From the human T2T-CHM13v2.0 reference genome, Homo sapiens, in NCBI RefSeq assembly GCF_009914755.1, contig NC_060935.1: 64,000 bases of DNA, one strand, 5' to 3'. The notes below the pieces were generated by a model. It ran no database searches, had not been told where the DNA came from, and saw only the letters and a program-made list of their open reading frames with translations. Shown piece after piece: positions 42,420 to 57,046 of this stretch. Every line of letters begins with the position of its first letter. Position 1 is the first letter of the stretch. The position numbers and the translations under genes are program-made.

Positions 42420-43345
42420 GATATATATCACTTTGCAAGGAAAAAAGGAGGAAACCTGCAAATTTTTTCAAAGAAAATAATAGGAAGGATGAAACAAAAC
42501 CAATGAATTTGGTTGTCTAGAAGAGATGGATAGTAACAATTAATGGAGGAAGTATCACATTTTAAAGTATATATTTTCATATGGTTTTGACTTCTAGACA
42601 TAAATTATTTTACATATTAAAAATAAAATTAATAAATATTAAATAAAATATAAAATAGAATACAAAACAATCTACCCGTATGCCAAATTAATAAGACATT
42701 CACAAAGAAGGGGAAAAATAGAATTATCTAAATAATTTGACTATATACACAGTTCATTAAAATTTAAAAGAACTACAAATAAATCTTGAACATTAATTAG
42801 CACTTTTGATATTCTTACAGTATAAATATACCAATTTCAAAAATATTTTGTATATATCATAGTATTGAGTAAATCAGTAATAAATTGGTATCATTGACAG
42901 CCAGAATTGTCAGCATGGAAGAAAGTTATGTAAAAGTGGAATGGGTGGATTACAAGGAAGAACTTTGTGGTGTTGTAATGGAATTGGAGGATTTAATCTA
43001 AACTGAAAATTTATTTATCTATATGTTATAAATATGTATGTTATTTTATATACACAGATAAGATACATATGTGTGTATGTTACATACACACATAAAACAT
43101 ATATACATATGAATATATATATATATACCCACACACACGTATATTTATCTGTCTGCTGAAAAGACCAAGAAGGAAACAACGATCCTGATCTTGGTTTCTA
43201 AATATTCTTCCCATCAAAGGAAGCAGAACTTTTTGAATAAATGACTGATTCTGGAACTGATGAAGTAGAGCTGCAAAGGCGAGCCTTGAACATTGTCTCA
43301 TCCCAAAAATTAAAGATGTGCTCAGAAATTGATAGAGACACGTGG
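42420..43345 (+). mobile_element. L1MC4-like 3' region (also 41490-41635)
   Basis: cttggtttctaaatattcttcccatcaaaggaagcagaac...aaatgactgattctggaactg. Confidence 0.65.
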
Positions 43346-44252
43346 AAAGAACATACGATCTTTCAGATGGCCAGGGAAGGGCCTTTTGCACTGCACTTTC
43401 TCCTACTACGGGTGATCTGGCTTCTGTTTGACCTCTTCTAACTACTCTTAGCTCCTTCTCCTGGTGCTACACCAATACCTTTTGCTGTTGGAGTCTCTGA
43501 ACTGAGGCCAAACTTGTTAAGGTGTTCAAACCCAGCTACTTTCTGAAATATTAAATAACTCACAGGAAACCAATGCATTACTGGCAAGCTGTAAAATGGA
43601 TTATAGTCTGATCTCAGGTAATCTAATGCAGCCTTGAATTTTTTCTTCTATACATTACAGCAGATGTACAGCCTGGGAAAATGAAAGCAATTTTCTGTCC
43701 TTACTGTCATAACTCATGTTTACTGCCAATTCTTTTGTAGTCCCTGTCCCTGTCTTTTTTCCTTTCCAAAAAATGATGAGTTGATATTGCAGATACTGAA
43801 ACCAAGTGGCACCTCTCAATAACCTAAGGAAGTAAAAAAGTAGTCTACCCCAATTTTCGACCAATGTCTGTCTCTCATATATGCAAACACACATACTTAC
43901 ATGTGTGCACACACATGCACTACCGCACAAAATGTATGCATATGTATACATTCTTTTCACTTAAATTGTATTATGAGTATTTCACATATTATTGAATTAT
44001 CTTTGAACCATGAATTTAAAGACTACATGATATTCTAGCACGTGGTTAAGTTAAATTTTCTTGATAATATATTAATCAATAGTATATTAGTTTACATATA
44101 GACTATTTTCAATATTTAATAACATGAATTACATTGTCATAATTATCACTTAGCATAAATATTTGATAACATTTCTGATTATATCATTAAAATAGTTTCT
44201 AAGATATACAGAGACAAAGAACTTAGACAGTTTTTTTTTGTAAAGAGACCTA

Positions 44253-44298
44253 TTAGGTTGGTGCAAAAGTAACTGCAGTTTCTGCCATTACTTTTAAT
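44253..44298. mobile_element. Half MADE1 / solo Hsmar1 terminal inverted repeat
   Basis: ta-TTAGGTTGGTGCAAAAGTAACTGCAGTTTCTGCCATTACTTTTAAT; second arm absent. Confidence 0.9.
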
Positions 44299-45297
44299 AA
44301 CTCTATATCATTTCTTCAATTGACCTTCTGAATTATATGAAAGCAACAAAAGTTACTGTCAATTAATAATTTATTAATTATTAAGGTATTTCACAATGTT
44401 AGTTTTAGAAATGAATCATTTGTAATGGTGACATATCATTAAATTGATAATTTTCTGATTTAGCATATACCTCCAGAGAAGAGTATGACCCCACTTTTTG
44501 GCCAAAGGCTTTAGTGGCTGACATTTTGTGGAAATAGTAAATGAGGACATAAAAGAGCAGATTGATAAAACTTAAGTAATTTATATCATATGGGGGGAAC
44601 TTCCTTCTTAGTTTATCTTAAAGTATTTAATTTTGGTCATCTCGGCAAAGGCCTATTACAGTATGACTTTATATTTTACCATTCTGATTCCTCCACAGTA
44701 GCCAATAAATTGCTTTCCTGTATATAATAAATGTGTGTTAAATTGAAATAATTTAAATTCCTTTTATCTAAACCCTACTAAAAATTCTGAGAATTATACT
44801 GTTGTAAGTATAGACTCTTATTTTCAAAACAAGTCTGAGACAAACATATTTTTTATTAGATAAAATAAGTAAAAGATAATCCCTTGCAAATACCTGTATC
44901 ATAACTTCAATTTCAGATAACTTTTGCACTTGTGTCAGTTTTTTAAAGTTTAAATTTTGTACCAAAATTATCTAAAATATTATGTAACAACAATTTCTAA
45001 ATGCAAAGTTTTGCAATGAATTTTCTTTTACTGGTAAAACTGCTCTTTGCTGAGAAATCATAAAGTTATATCATTGATTTAGTTACTGTATGAAGATTTA
45101 AGATCATTTGTGACTGTCAAATAATTCAGTTTATAAGCCATATGAATAAGATATCAAATACAACTTATTTCAGATATTTGGTCCATGCAGACTATTCGAA
45201 CAAAAGTTTTATTATTTTTAAGAGAAGAACATAGTAATGATTACATTACTATATAGTCAATTAATCAAACTATACCCTCAGATGGCAATCTATGCTG

Positions 45298-45365
45298 ATG
45301 GTATATTATGCGTATTTTCATGGTTTTTATCATGGTATATTATGAGTATTTTCATGGTTTTTATC
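45298..45365. repeat. 34-bp tandem duplication
   Basis: atggtatattatg(c/a)gtattttcatggtttttatc x2, one mismatch. Confidence 0.95.
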
Positions 45366-47419
45366 AGTATCTAAGACTCAATTGACAATAACATGGCATA
45401 CACTACTAGTTTAAAAGATCAAAATAAATATACAAACTTGTTATAATTTATCTCTTCCAAAGTTATATAGTTAAAACTAATCATTTTCTACAGATTGATT
45501 TTTCTATTGTCAGAAGTTTTGTCACAATATAAATGGCTTTCATTTGAATAAAATATCTATATTTTACTCATTTGTTTCAATCCCTAAAAAATTAAAATTA
45601 GAACAGAACATATTTCTAATCTAGGAAATGTATTTTCTTCTGTAAGATAATTTGAATATAGACATGTAAGTTAAAGCACGTACCTTTTTATGTGGCGACT
45701 GTAGGAAGCATTTTCTAGTTTGCCGTCTAATAAAGTGGATGCATCCCTGATGATCAGTTGAAAAAAAAAGAAGTTTCTATCAAAGATGAGTTATAAACTC
45801 TCAATTTACATTCCCTGTTACATGCCCATTACGAATGAAATTTCTAAGTAAGATATATTAAATGTAATTGCCTAGGACTAGTCTTTTAGTGATACAAACA
45901 TAGTCCTTTAGTGAAATATAATTGTATGGTATTAGAACAGTTATTTCTCTTGTGGAAAAGTCAGCAGTTCAGACAGATATTTAGGCAAATGTTAATGATT
46001 TTGTCATTACACTATATGTGAACCTTTGTTTATATCTTTCTATTAATAAAAATGATCTTAATAACCACTATAAATTTTGCTGCAATAATGCATTTGCTCT
46101 CTGATTAAAAAGGTCTATCAACTAAACACTGCGAAGCTGGGTGAATACTCAAATAATGGGTCTGAACATTTCAGAAAACTTGAGAGAATTTTTTTAAGTA
46201 GTGAAATTCCATTTCTGACAATGGTACAGTAGGCAACTGAAACAAACTTTCCATTCACTGAAGGCAACTATAAAAAATTTGACTAACTTTTAAAAACTAC
46301 GCCAGAAAGAAAGATAAAAAGATAGAGGATGATAAGGAGCCAGGAGTCAGGAATGACTCAAGTCTTGGAGTCATTCAAGCTTGGAGCTCTGTATTTGGGG
46401 CCACTTGCCCTTCGATGACTAATTCCAGAAGGGTGGCTGAGAACTCTGAGGGGAGATTTTCACATATTTGCAGGGGCAAGGAGACAGAATTGGAACATAG
46501 GGTCCTCATAGTTGAGAACACTGGTGACACTTTTTATTCTTGCTTGGAACGCTAACAGCTGCTCATTAGGAGTAGGTTGCACTGGAAGTAGACAAGCCCT
46601 AAAAGGACTGCTGCTTAGCTTTAAATTACAATTCCTGAAACTATAATGGTTGTGAAGCTATAATAGCACCTGAAAACATTTCAAAATGCAAGTGTCCCTG
46701 GAAACAAAGAAAAAGCCATTCTGGAGGAAGATGATATCATTTAGATCTAAAATTATTTCTATAAATGATTTATCTAACACAATGATGAGTACACAATATA
46801 AATAGGGCTACACATAAGAACAAAAGACAACTAGGAAAAATAACAGAAAATAAAAATAGAACTCAGAAGTCCAAGTGATTGGAGTAGTCATAAAAATACT
46901 TTAAAATAACAATGCATGTTACATTTAGGGAGATGAAACTAGTTTGAAAAACTTGCAAAAAAATTGACACTTTCAAAAACAGCAATATAGTAAAGGAGTT
47001 AAGAACTCAATGGATAGATTAAAGATAAGTTATAGTTAAATAAAGAGTAAATAAACTGAAAACTACGTCACAGAAAATATTTAGAATAAAGTATAAAGAT
47101 TAAAATAGAATTTAAAATACAAAAGATAAGAGACAAGACAAGGAAGACACATCAAGAAGGCCTAATATATGTTTAATTGGAATCTAAGGGAAGAAAAGAG
47201 AAAAGGGAGAAGCAGTTTATGAAGTTATAATAGCTAAAAAAAATCTAAAACAACTTTTAAAAACAATACATTCAACAGGCCATAACATTTTTAAGAAGGA
47301 TTTGTCAAAAAGCAATTTACACCTTAGTGCCTCAGAGCAAAACCTCTGAAATGTGAAGACAGAGGAAAAAAATGGGAAAAGGTATCAGAGGAAAAAAAGA
47401 CGTAGTATTCCAAAAAAAT

Positions 47420-47870
47420 CAAGAGTTTTGCATTAAGATATTTCCAAACAGATCCTGAGGCAAGATCGTGCATACAAATAGTTTATTTGAATGGTGATGA
47501 AGGAAACATAGTTAAGGGAATCAGGATATAAGAAAAACAAAGAAGCTAATGTAAGCTGTGTTAGTTGATCAACTGACACTTAATCCTGCTGAGAATCTCC
47601 AAAAGCCTCTGTAGAAAGTGCCTTAGAATTACACATCAGCTGAGGACAGAGGTTGTTGTATTTATTCACCTGCTTCCATCCATCACTGATTGAAGGCTAC
47701 TCTTAGTTCATTAACTTCTAGGCACTACCAGCTGGCACCACATGAGTGCGAAATCTGCTTTTGTAGCTAAAAACAAATTCTAGCTAGATTTGCAGGATAT
47801 GGGAATAAAAACTTGCAGTGTACAGAAATTGTCAGAGCTTAGGAGTTATAGGAGGACTATTGAGCACATA
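47420..47870 (-). mobile_element. Old MLT1 (J/I-like) LTR
   Basis: acagatcctgaggcaagatcgtgcatacaaatagtttatttgaatggtgat...gtatttattcacctgcttccatccatcactgattgaaggct. Confidence 0.65.
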
Positions 47871-48455
47871 TGCTTCACTTCTCAAAAGAAAAGACAAAGG
47901 CTAAGAAAATTGAATGATACTATTTAAATGACCAGGTAAAATAATTGTTAAACCGAAATTTTACAAACAGTGAAAATACTCTACATGAATACTGAAAGAA
48001 AATCAACTTGAAAGAATTCATCATCAAGCCATTCTAAAGAAAATAATAAAGACTGTTAGAAAGAATAATAATTATCCTTAGTTTCTCTTAAAGAGATAGA
48101 GATTCAGGAAGGATTAAAGAACAGCTAAAATTTTAAGTAATGGGTGTATAAATAGATTATTTAACTTACTATATACATCAATAAAAACAATAAAAAATAA
48201 AAATAAAAGCTCATAGATTGAGAGTGGATAAGTAAAATTAAAATAAACATTCTGAGAACTTTTATCATGGAAGAGAAAGAGAACAGTACTAATTAATATT
48301 ACACTTCAAGTAAAAAACATAATTTTTAGCATAACCCCTACATGATAGTAAACATGTATACAGTTTCAAAGTTATAATGCTTAAATTTGGAACAACAGGA
48401 AAAAAAATGACTACAGAAAACAAGAAAAAAAGGAATAATAGGCAATTTCAATATA

Positions 48456-50861
48456 CAAGCATACCTCATTTTTGCATTTCACTTTATTGTGCTTTGCAAA
48501 TATTGCATTTTTTAAAAATTGAAAGTTTATAGCAACTTCATTGAGCAAGTCTATTGGCACGATTTTTCCAATAGGATGTGCTAATTTAATGTCTCTATGT
48601 CACATTTTGAAATTCTCAAAATATTTTGAACTTTTCCCTTATTATATCTGTTATGATGATCTATGACCAGTGATCTCTGATATTACAATTGTTCTGGGGT
48701 GCCACAAATCATGCCCATAAAAGATGGCAAACTTAATCAATAAATGTGTGTGTACTGACTGCTCCACTGACTGGCCATTCCTCTATCTTACTCCCTTTTC
48801 TTGAGACACAACTATCCCCTGAGACACAGCAATACTGAAATTAGGCCAATTAATAACCCTACAATGGCATTTAAGTGTTCAAATGAAAATAAGTGTTGCA
48901 TGTCTCTCACTTTAAATCAAAAGCTACAAATGATTAAGCTTAGTGAGGAAGCCCTTTGAAATCTGCAATAGACCAAAATCAAGGCCTCTTGAGCCAACTG
49001 GTTAGTCAAGTCGTGAAAGGAAAAGAAAATTTTGTGAAGAAAACTAAAAGTGCTATGCCACTGATCACATCGATGATAAAAAATAAATAAATAAAATAAA
49101 ACAGCCTTATTCTGATAGAAAGTTTAAGTGGTCTGGATAGAAGATCAAAACTGCCACAGTATTGCCTTAAGCCAAAGCCTAATCCAGAGCAAGGCTCAAA
49201 CTTTTATGAATTCTGTGAAAGCTGAGAGAGTTAAGGAGGCTGCAGAAACAACGTTTGATGCTAGCAGAGGTTGGTACACAAGGTTTAAGGAAAGAAGCCA
49301 TCTCCATAACATAAAAGCACAAGTTGAAGTAACAAATGCTGAAGTGGAAGTTGCAGCAAGTTATCCAGATGATCTAGTTAAGATCATTGATCAAAGTGAC
49401 TACATCAAACAATGGATTTTCAATGTGATGAAATAGCCTTATGTTGGAAAAAGATACCATTTAGGACTTTCATAGCTAGAGAGGAGGAGCCAATGCCTGG
49501 CTTGAAAGCTTCAAAGGAGCTTTCTTAGGAGCACTCTCTTAAATGCTAATGCAGGTGACTAAGTTGAAGCCAGTGCTTCTTTACCGAGATGAAAATCCTA
49601 GGGCCCTTAAGAATTATGCTAAGTCTACTCTGCCTGTGCTCTAGCAATGGAACAACAAAGCCTGGATGACAGAACATCTGTTTGCAGCATAGTTTATTGA
49701 ATACCTTAAGTCCAATATTAAGACCTACTTCTCAGTAAAATAGATTTATTTTAAAGTATTACTGTTAACTGAGAATGCACCTAGTAATCCAAGAGCTCTG
49801 AAGGAGTTGTATAAGGAGATTGGAATTGTTTTCATGCCTACTAACACAACATCCATTCTGCAGCCAATGCATAAAGGAGTAATTTAGACTTTCAATTTTT
49901 ATGATTTAAGAAATACATTTTATAAGGCCCTAGATACCATAGATAGTGATCCCTGTGGTGAATCTGGGAAAAGTAAATGGAGAATCTTTTGGAAATAATT
50001 CACAATCTTAGATGTCATCAAGAACATTCATGATGCATGAAAGGAAGTCAAAATATCAACATTACCAGGGATTTGGAAGAAGCTGATTCCAACACTCATA
50101 AATGACTTGGAGGAGTTCAAGACTTCAGTAAAGGAACTAATTACAGATGTTATGGAAATGGCAAGAGAAGTACAATTAGAAGTGGACCCTGAAGATGTGA
50201 ATGAATTGCTTCAATCCTATGATGAGACTTGAACAGATGAGAAGTTGCTTCCTTCAGAAAAACAAAGAAAGTAGTTTCTTGAGACAGAACCAACTCCTGG
50301 TGAAGATGCTGTGAACATCATTGAAATGACAAAGGATTTAGAATATTCATATGCTCATTTGATAAAACAGCAGTAGAGTTTGAAAAAACTGCCTCCAGTT
50401 TTTAAAGAAGTTCTACAGTGAATAAAATGCTATCAAATAGCATCAGAGAACATATTACAGAGAAATCTTTCGTTAAAGGAAAAGTCAATCGATGCTGCAA
50501 ACTTCACTGTTGTCTTATTTTTAGAAATTGCCACAACCACCAAACCTTCGGCAACCACCATGCTGATCAGTTAGTAATCATCAACATCAAGGCAAGATCC
50601 TCCACCAGAAAAGAGTCAGACTCATTGAAGTCTCAGATGGTTGTTAACCTATTTTAGCAATAAAGTATTTTTGAGTTAACATATACACATTGTTTTCTTA
50701 GACATAATGCTATTACACACTCAACAGCCTTGGGTACAGGGCAAACACAACCTTAATGTGCACTGGAAAACAGAAAAGTCCACATAACTTGCTTTAGTAT
50801 GATATTTATTTTATTGCAGTGGGTCTGGAACTGAGCCCAAAATATCTTCAAGCTATGCCTG
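48456..50861 (+). mobile_element. Tigger1 (Tc1/mariner pogo-like) DNA transposon, full length, decayed
   Basis: Terminal inverted repeats CAAGCATACCTC / AAGCTATGCCTG with TA duplications; ~2.4 kb. ORF 49128-49436 (VWIEDQ...[10 protein letters not shown]...[21 protein letters not shown]) is the CENP-B-type HTH region of the transposase. Many stops. Confidence 0.95.
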
Positions 50862-50994
50862 TATATGACAAATAAAAGCAGCTCATGTTATTTAGGTTTA
50901 AATATAACTCTATTTGTAACTTCCATAAATATAAATGAACAAAATACTGTAATTAATAGAAACAGATTATCAGATTAAATAATCTAAAGCCAAC

Positions 50995-51436
50995 CACAGT
51001 GGGTTGAATTGTTTCCCTCCAGAATTTAAGTCTACCAGGTGCCCTAGAATGTGACCTTCTTTTGACATAGAATCTTTGTAAATGTAACTGAGGTAGAAAT
51101 TAAGATGAAATCATGGTGAATCAGAGTGGACCTTAAATCCAGTGACAGTGTCCTTATAAGAGGCAGAAAAGAACATACGTGGACACAGAAAAGAAAACCA
51201 TGTGAAGACAGAAACAGAATGGGAATTATGCTGCCATAAGTCAAGGAATGCTTGGGGTTACCAGAAGCAGGAAGAGGCAAAAATGGATTCTTCCTTAGAG
51301 CCTTAGTGGAATGATGGCCTTGCTGATATCTTGATTGCAGAGCTGTAGCCTTCAGGACTGTGAGAGTACTAATTTGTGTTGTTCTAAGCCTCCAAGTTGT
51401 GGCAATTCATAACAGTAGACCTAGAAGACAAATAAA
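50995..51436 (+). mobile_element. MLT1C-like MaLR 5' LTR
   Basis: gtgggttgaattgtttccc...agaatgtgaccttc...aagtcaaggaatgc...ccagaagcaggaagaggcaa...actgtgagag. Confidence 0.85.
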
Positions 51437-52642
51437 GGTTTAGTCCTGGGAAGTGGGCTGCAAATATAAAAAAAATACTAAGAAATGTGGAAGTGGCTTT
51501 GGAAATGGGAAATGGCTAGAGATTGGAAGAATTTTGAGTCATGTAACAGAAAAAGTATATATTGCCTTGGAGAGACTGTTGGTGAAAATATAGAGGTTAT
51601 AAGTACTTATGGCAAGGTCTAGGACAGAGAAAAGAAACATGATATTTGGAACTGGAGGAAATGTAATCCTTGTCATAAATTGGCAGAAAACTTGACTTAA
51701 TTGTTTCTATTAATGGGTGAGGAAAAGAACTTTTAAGAATTCACCTAGGATATTTTGAAGAAGAGATTTCTAAGCAGAGTTTTGAAGGTGTGGCCTGGAT
51801 TCTTTTTATTACTTATAGTAAAATGCAAGAAGACAAAGATACATCGATGAAGGAACTGTTAAGCAAAAAGGAAGCAACACTCAATGATTTGGAAAATTCT
51901 CAGCCTATCAAGACTGCAAAAGATGCTAGAGCATGCTCTGGAGAAAGGGTAGAGTGTGGCTGGACAAACTTCTGGTAAAGACATGAGATGTATAACTCAT
52001 GCATCCAATCAATCATTTCCACAGAAGCCATAAATAGAGACAAGCTATAAAGAAAGGATCTGTGGAGAACCCTTTGTTTAACAATGTGGGTCCCCCTGAC
52101 AGACACAGAGACCCTCAAGATTTTTCAGAATGTTATACCACCAAAAACACTGGCAGCTTGGACTGAAGAGGACAGAAATGGGATGAAATGAAAAGGCTGT
52201 CATTATTTGGGGATTCTACAAGCAAAACGTGTCCTGCTAGAGCAACTCTGGCAGAAAACAAGTGCTAACCTTCAGAAAAATGAAGAATAATTCTGAGGGA
52301 AGAATTGTCACAAAGGTCATTACAAAGTTAATTCCAGAGAGTGGAGCCAGAGAACAGACCATCAAGCCTAAAAGGATTAAGCCTAAGCCTTGAATTTACA
52401 GATCTACTCTGCGAAGATTTGGAGTTGCTTGGAACTAGTGATCCTTTACTCCTACAAATTTCTACCTGTTAATATAAAAATATCTATCTAATGCCTGTAC
52501 CACTATTTCATTTTAAAAGCAGATAAATTTGTTTGTTTTCCCTGTTCACAGATGAAGAAGTATTTTGACCTAGGGTGGACCATACACATTCCCAACCAAA
52601 CATGATTGAGAAGGTTTGGAAGATGAAACTTGGTACTTTAGA
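51437..52642 (+). mobile_element. MLT1 internal sequence
   Basis: Directly follows the LTR; aatgtggaagtggctttggaa...gattggaagaattttgag and gatttggaaaattctcagcct are MaLR-int motifs. Confidence 0.8.
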
Positions 52643-54695
52643 ATTTTTCTCTTTTAGTGGAAATTTATATACATAATATATAATTTGTCATTTTTATGTG
52701 TAAAATGTTTTTGTCACCTCTCCCAAAAAACTTTGTAATTTTTAAGGAATAACCAATAGTCCCCTATTCCACAAAACCTGGTAACCTCTAATTTATTGAA
52801 TGTCTCTATGAATTTGCTTACTGTAGATATTTTCTTCAAATTATAAAATAATTGGCATTTTGTTCCTGGCTTATTTCATTTAGTATACTTTTCTTGGTTT
52901 ATCCTTCTTGTAGCATGTATCAGAACTTCATTCATCTTTTTGTATGTCTAAATAATTTCCCACTGTATGCATACATATATATATGTATATATATATATAT
53001 ATAATTTATTTATGTGCCGATGGATACTGGTTTATTTTCATCTTTTATTTGTTGTGAGTAGTACTGCAATGAATTTTGGTGTAGATTATCATTTGGTTTC
53101 ACGCTTTCAATTATTTTGGGCATATACCTAGACACGGAATTGCTGGGTCATATGGTAATTTTATGTTTAGCTTTTTGAGGAAGCATCAATCTGCTTTCCA
53201 CAGCTGCTGCACAATTTTATATTCCCACGAGCAATGTATAAAAGTTCCAATTTCTCCACATCTTCACAAACACTTGTTATTTTTCACTGTTGAATTTTAG
53301 TGTTCATTTAGGTTATATGAACATTTTAAAAACAGTATTTCAATCCATGAACATGGGCTTTCTATTTATTTTTGTCTTCTTCAATTTTTTTCATCAAAGT
53401 TTTAACCTTTTAAGTGTATAGGTCTTTTACTTTTTGGTTAAATTTATTTTTGAGGTTTTTTTTTCGTAGCTATTTTAACTGGAATTGTTTTTGTGATTTT
53501 TTTCTTTTTAGATAGTTTGTTGTTGATGTATAGAAATGCTACTGATTTTTCTATCTTGATTTTTTTTTATTTCTACACAGTTCACCAATTTGTTAGCTGG
53601 GACTCAGAGCCCTGTTGGAGTCTGCTGCCAGTCTGAGGTTGGTGAGCCAGGCATGGGGACTCAGGTGTGCCTGTCTCTCTCTGAGTCCCTGTGCTGCCAA
53701 CAGGACTGAACTCTGACCATTACTGAGAGGGGCTACAGCCAATTTTCAGAGGCTTTTCTGTTCCACAGATAACATCAAGTTGTAGATGTATAACCTGAGG
53801 CACAAATGAGTGTGACTCCTTCCAGGTCCCTGGGTGGACAGTTCCAGTACCAGGACCAAGAACAAATGAAGTTACAGCCAAGTCTATCGGGGGAAGGACC
53901 ATTTCAAGTTCTGGAACTGGAGCTGCAGTCAGTGAGCTGGCCACGTAGGTGCCCTTCTGCCCTCCGAAAAGGACCCCCTAGGTCTTGGGCTGCACCAGGG
54001 TTTCACAACTTTCCAAGTTCCCATAAGGGTATTTTCGTCTGTGCATGGCTGCAAATTTACTGTTGCTGTAGGGGAATAGGAACTATTCTGCTGACATCAC
54101 TCATAATATCATTTGGTGCTCAAAAGTTTTGGATAAAGTCCAATTTATCAACTTTTTGTCTTCTGTTGCTTGTACTTTTAGTGTTATGTCTAAGAATCCA
54201 TAGCAAAATCCAAGATTGTGAAGATATACTCATATATTTTCTTCCAAGAGATTTATGGTTTTAATTCTTATATTTAGATTGTTGATCCATTTTGAATGCA
54301 TTTTTGTACATGGTAGGAGGCAGGGGTCCAACTTCATTCTTTTGCATAGGTAAATCTGGTTGTTGTTCTAGTGGCATTGTTTAAGAGGCTATTCTTTCCC
54401 CATTGAGTAGACTTATCTTTGCAGAAAATCAACTGGCCATAAAAGTAAGGGTGTATTTCTGAACTTCCAGTTTTATTCCGTTGTTCTTTATGTCTGTCCT
54501 TTTGACAGTACTACACTGTTTTGGTTATTGTAGCTTTGGAGAAAGTTTTGAAAATGGTAAGTGTTTGCCCTCCAAATTTGATCTTTTCTCTCAAGATTAT
54601 TAAGTTTATTTGGAACCCTTTGCATTTACATACAGTCTAAGCATTAGCTTTTCCATTTATGCAGAAAAATGTGTTGGAATTTTGACAGAGACGAT
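52643..54695 (-). mobile_element. L1MB-like antisense element with inserted L1M ORF2 and 5'UTR pieces (53310-54100)
   Basis: 3'UTR motifs ttggggcatatacctagacacggaattgctgggtcatatgg; ORF2 motif ggggtccaacttcattcttttgcat; GC-richer L1 5'UTR-like block at 53580-54100. Confidence 0.75.
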
Positions 54696-54699
54696 GTCA

Positions 54700-54782
54700 A
54701 AGTCTGAAAGTGAGAGAATATAATTGTGTTCATATGCCAGTTTTGTAGTAATTTATTATGGCAGCCCTTGGAAACTAACTTT
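54700..54782 (+). mobile_element. 3' tip of an MLT1 LTR
   Basis: gtgagagaatataattgtgtt...gtagtaatttattatggcagcccttggaaactaac. Confidence 0.7.
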
Positions 54783-56242
54783 TTCGTAGGCAACATACCT
54801 AATACATATGATAACAAAAAAAATGGAGGTAAAAGTATAGTAAGGAAAAAGATATAATATAAAATTACTAACCAAAAGAAAGTTGGTTGAGTGTGAAAAA
54901 ATTGGTTAATACATTTAAAAATTAAGATGAAATCAAGAGTTTCTAAAAAGTTATGATTTACCAAATCTAACACAAGAATAGAAAATATAAAAGACTGTAT
55001 AATTTCTAAATAAATTTTACACATAATTCAATAACTTTCCAAGATAAAAAATACGTGTTTAGATAGCTTCACCAGTGAATTTTACCAAAATTTTAAGAAT
55101 TATACAATTAATCTTACTTAAAAATCTTTTAGAGAAAATAAAAAACAAAGCATTTTCAAATTCATGTGGTAAATCCAGTATAATATTTTCCAGTCTATTT
55201 TGCCTGATATCAGTATAGCACACCGGATTTCTAGTCACTGATATTTGTCTGATAAATCTTTTCTATTACTTTACTTCCAATATGTCTTGAAATATGAGGT
55301 ATATCTCTTGTAACAACATATAATTGAATTATTTTTTAATCCAGTCTCATCTAAGCAGTGCAGTAGGGCAAGAAAACAAAATAAATAATACAAAGATTGG
55401 AAAGAAAGAAACCAAATTGCCAGTATTCACAAATCTCATGATTTTTGAAAATCTCCAAAATATACTTAAATTAAATTACTGTAATTTAAAATGAGTTCAG
55501 CAGTGTTCCTGGATACATGTTTAACATAGAAAAATTAACTGCATTTGTGCCCAGTCATGTGTTTGTGTGCATGCAGCAATAAGAAAATAAAACTTAATCC
55601 AAGAGACCATCTAACAAAGTATCAAAAACATATCAAATTTCTAGAAATAAACCTAAAACATATATACAAGTCCTTTATATAAAATAAGTACAAAGCATCT
55701 TTGAGACCAAATAAGACCTATATAAAGACTAAAGTATTTCTGTGTATTTAAAGAGTCAATATTACAAAGATATCACTTCTTCTCAAACTGATTAAATTGG
55801 TTGTAAAATTATAACCCGACAGATGTAATTTTTGGAATATGACAACATTGTACAATCTATATGGAAACCCACAGGACCAAAATTAGCAAAAGCATTTGTG
55901 AACTAGTTGGAAAAACTTTTTCAGTCAGACAACAGTAATATAAATAATAAGAGTAACCAGAAAAGAAAATAAGGCAAAATAAACTGCAGTAAGATGAAAA
56001 CACATACACACATATCAAAATTCACCATTTGAATTGGGGAAAAATTCATAAACTGTAGAAGTTTATAAATGTTAGTCAAAAACTTGCATTCAAATATATG
56101 TAAATTATTATTACAAATAAACGAATAATAGTTCAATAAAAAGTGTAGGAGTAACTTGAATTTTACAGAAGAATATTTCCAATTGTCCTATAAAAACATG
56201 CTCAACCTCATTAATAATCAGGAAAATGGAAATTTAAATCCC

Positions 56243-56590
56243 ATCTTATTGAGTTCAAGCTACTATAGGAAATTACCATATACTGAGTGACTTACACAAA
56301 AATATTAATTTCTTACAGTCTGGAGGCTGCAAAGTTTGATAGCAGAGTGCCAGCATGGTCAGGTTCCAGTGTGGATCCACTTAGATTGTAGATGTCTGTC
56401 TTCTGGCTGTGTCCTCACAGGCAGTGTACAGAGAGAGAAGCAAGTTCTCTCCTGTGTCATCTTATAAAGGCACTAATCCCATTATCGAGGCTCTACTTTC
56501 ATGACCCAATTACCTTTCAAAAGCCCCATTTCCAAATACCATCACATTGGAAATTAAGGTTTCAAAATATGCATTTGGGGAGGCTCAACC
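56243..56590 (-). mobile_element. MLT1A-like MaLR solo LTR
   Basis: gtgccagcatggtcaggttc...aaggcactaatcccatt...ccaaataccatcacattgg. Confidence 0.85.
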
Positions 56591-57046
56591 CCAATAATAT
56601 CCAACTGAACGCTGAACAAATGACCATAATTTTAAAAACTTTGATATTTTCATGTGGTGGAGATGATATTAAGCAAACGAATGCTCATAAACTTTTGATG
56701 GAATGTGAAATGGTACCACCACATGACTAGGGGAGCAGTAAATTTATTCCTAAGTCTAGTCCTGCCTAATGTGTGCATATTGACAATGAAAACAAACATC
56801 TTAGAAACAACAAAAATAATATCTGTCATTAGTAAAATGAATAAATCAATTGTGGCAAATTTAAGTAGGAAACACTATTTATCAGCAAAAATAAATAAAG
56901 TACAGCTACACATGTCAACCTTACAATGATGAAGTTAATGAAGCCAGATACAAATATATATAGAGAGAGAGTATGTATATATATACATACACACACTATA
57001 CTCTATTATGCTATTTATGCAAAGTTTATAAAGCAGGCATTGCCAT

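Noticed and set aside
49128-49436. Domesticated TIGD/CENP-B-like gene
   Set aside because: It lies within a TIR-flanked Tigger1 with many stops and frameshifts; an ordinary decayed copy.
53806-54264. 152-aa ORF
   Set aside because: Runs antisense across L1 5'UTR-like and ORF2 fragments; no recognisable protein.
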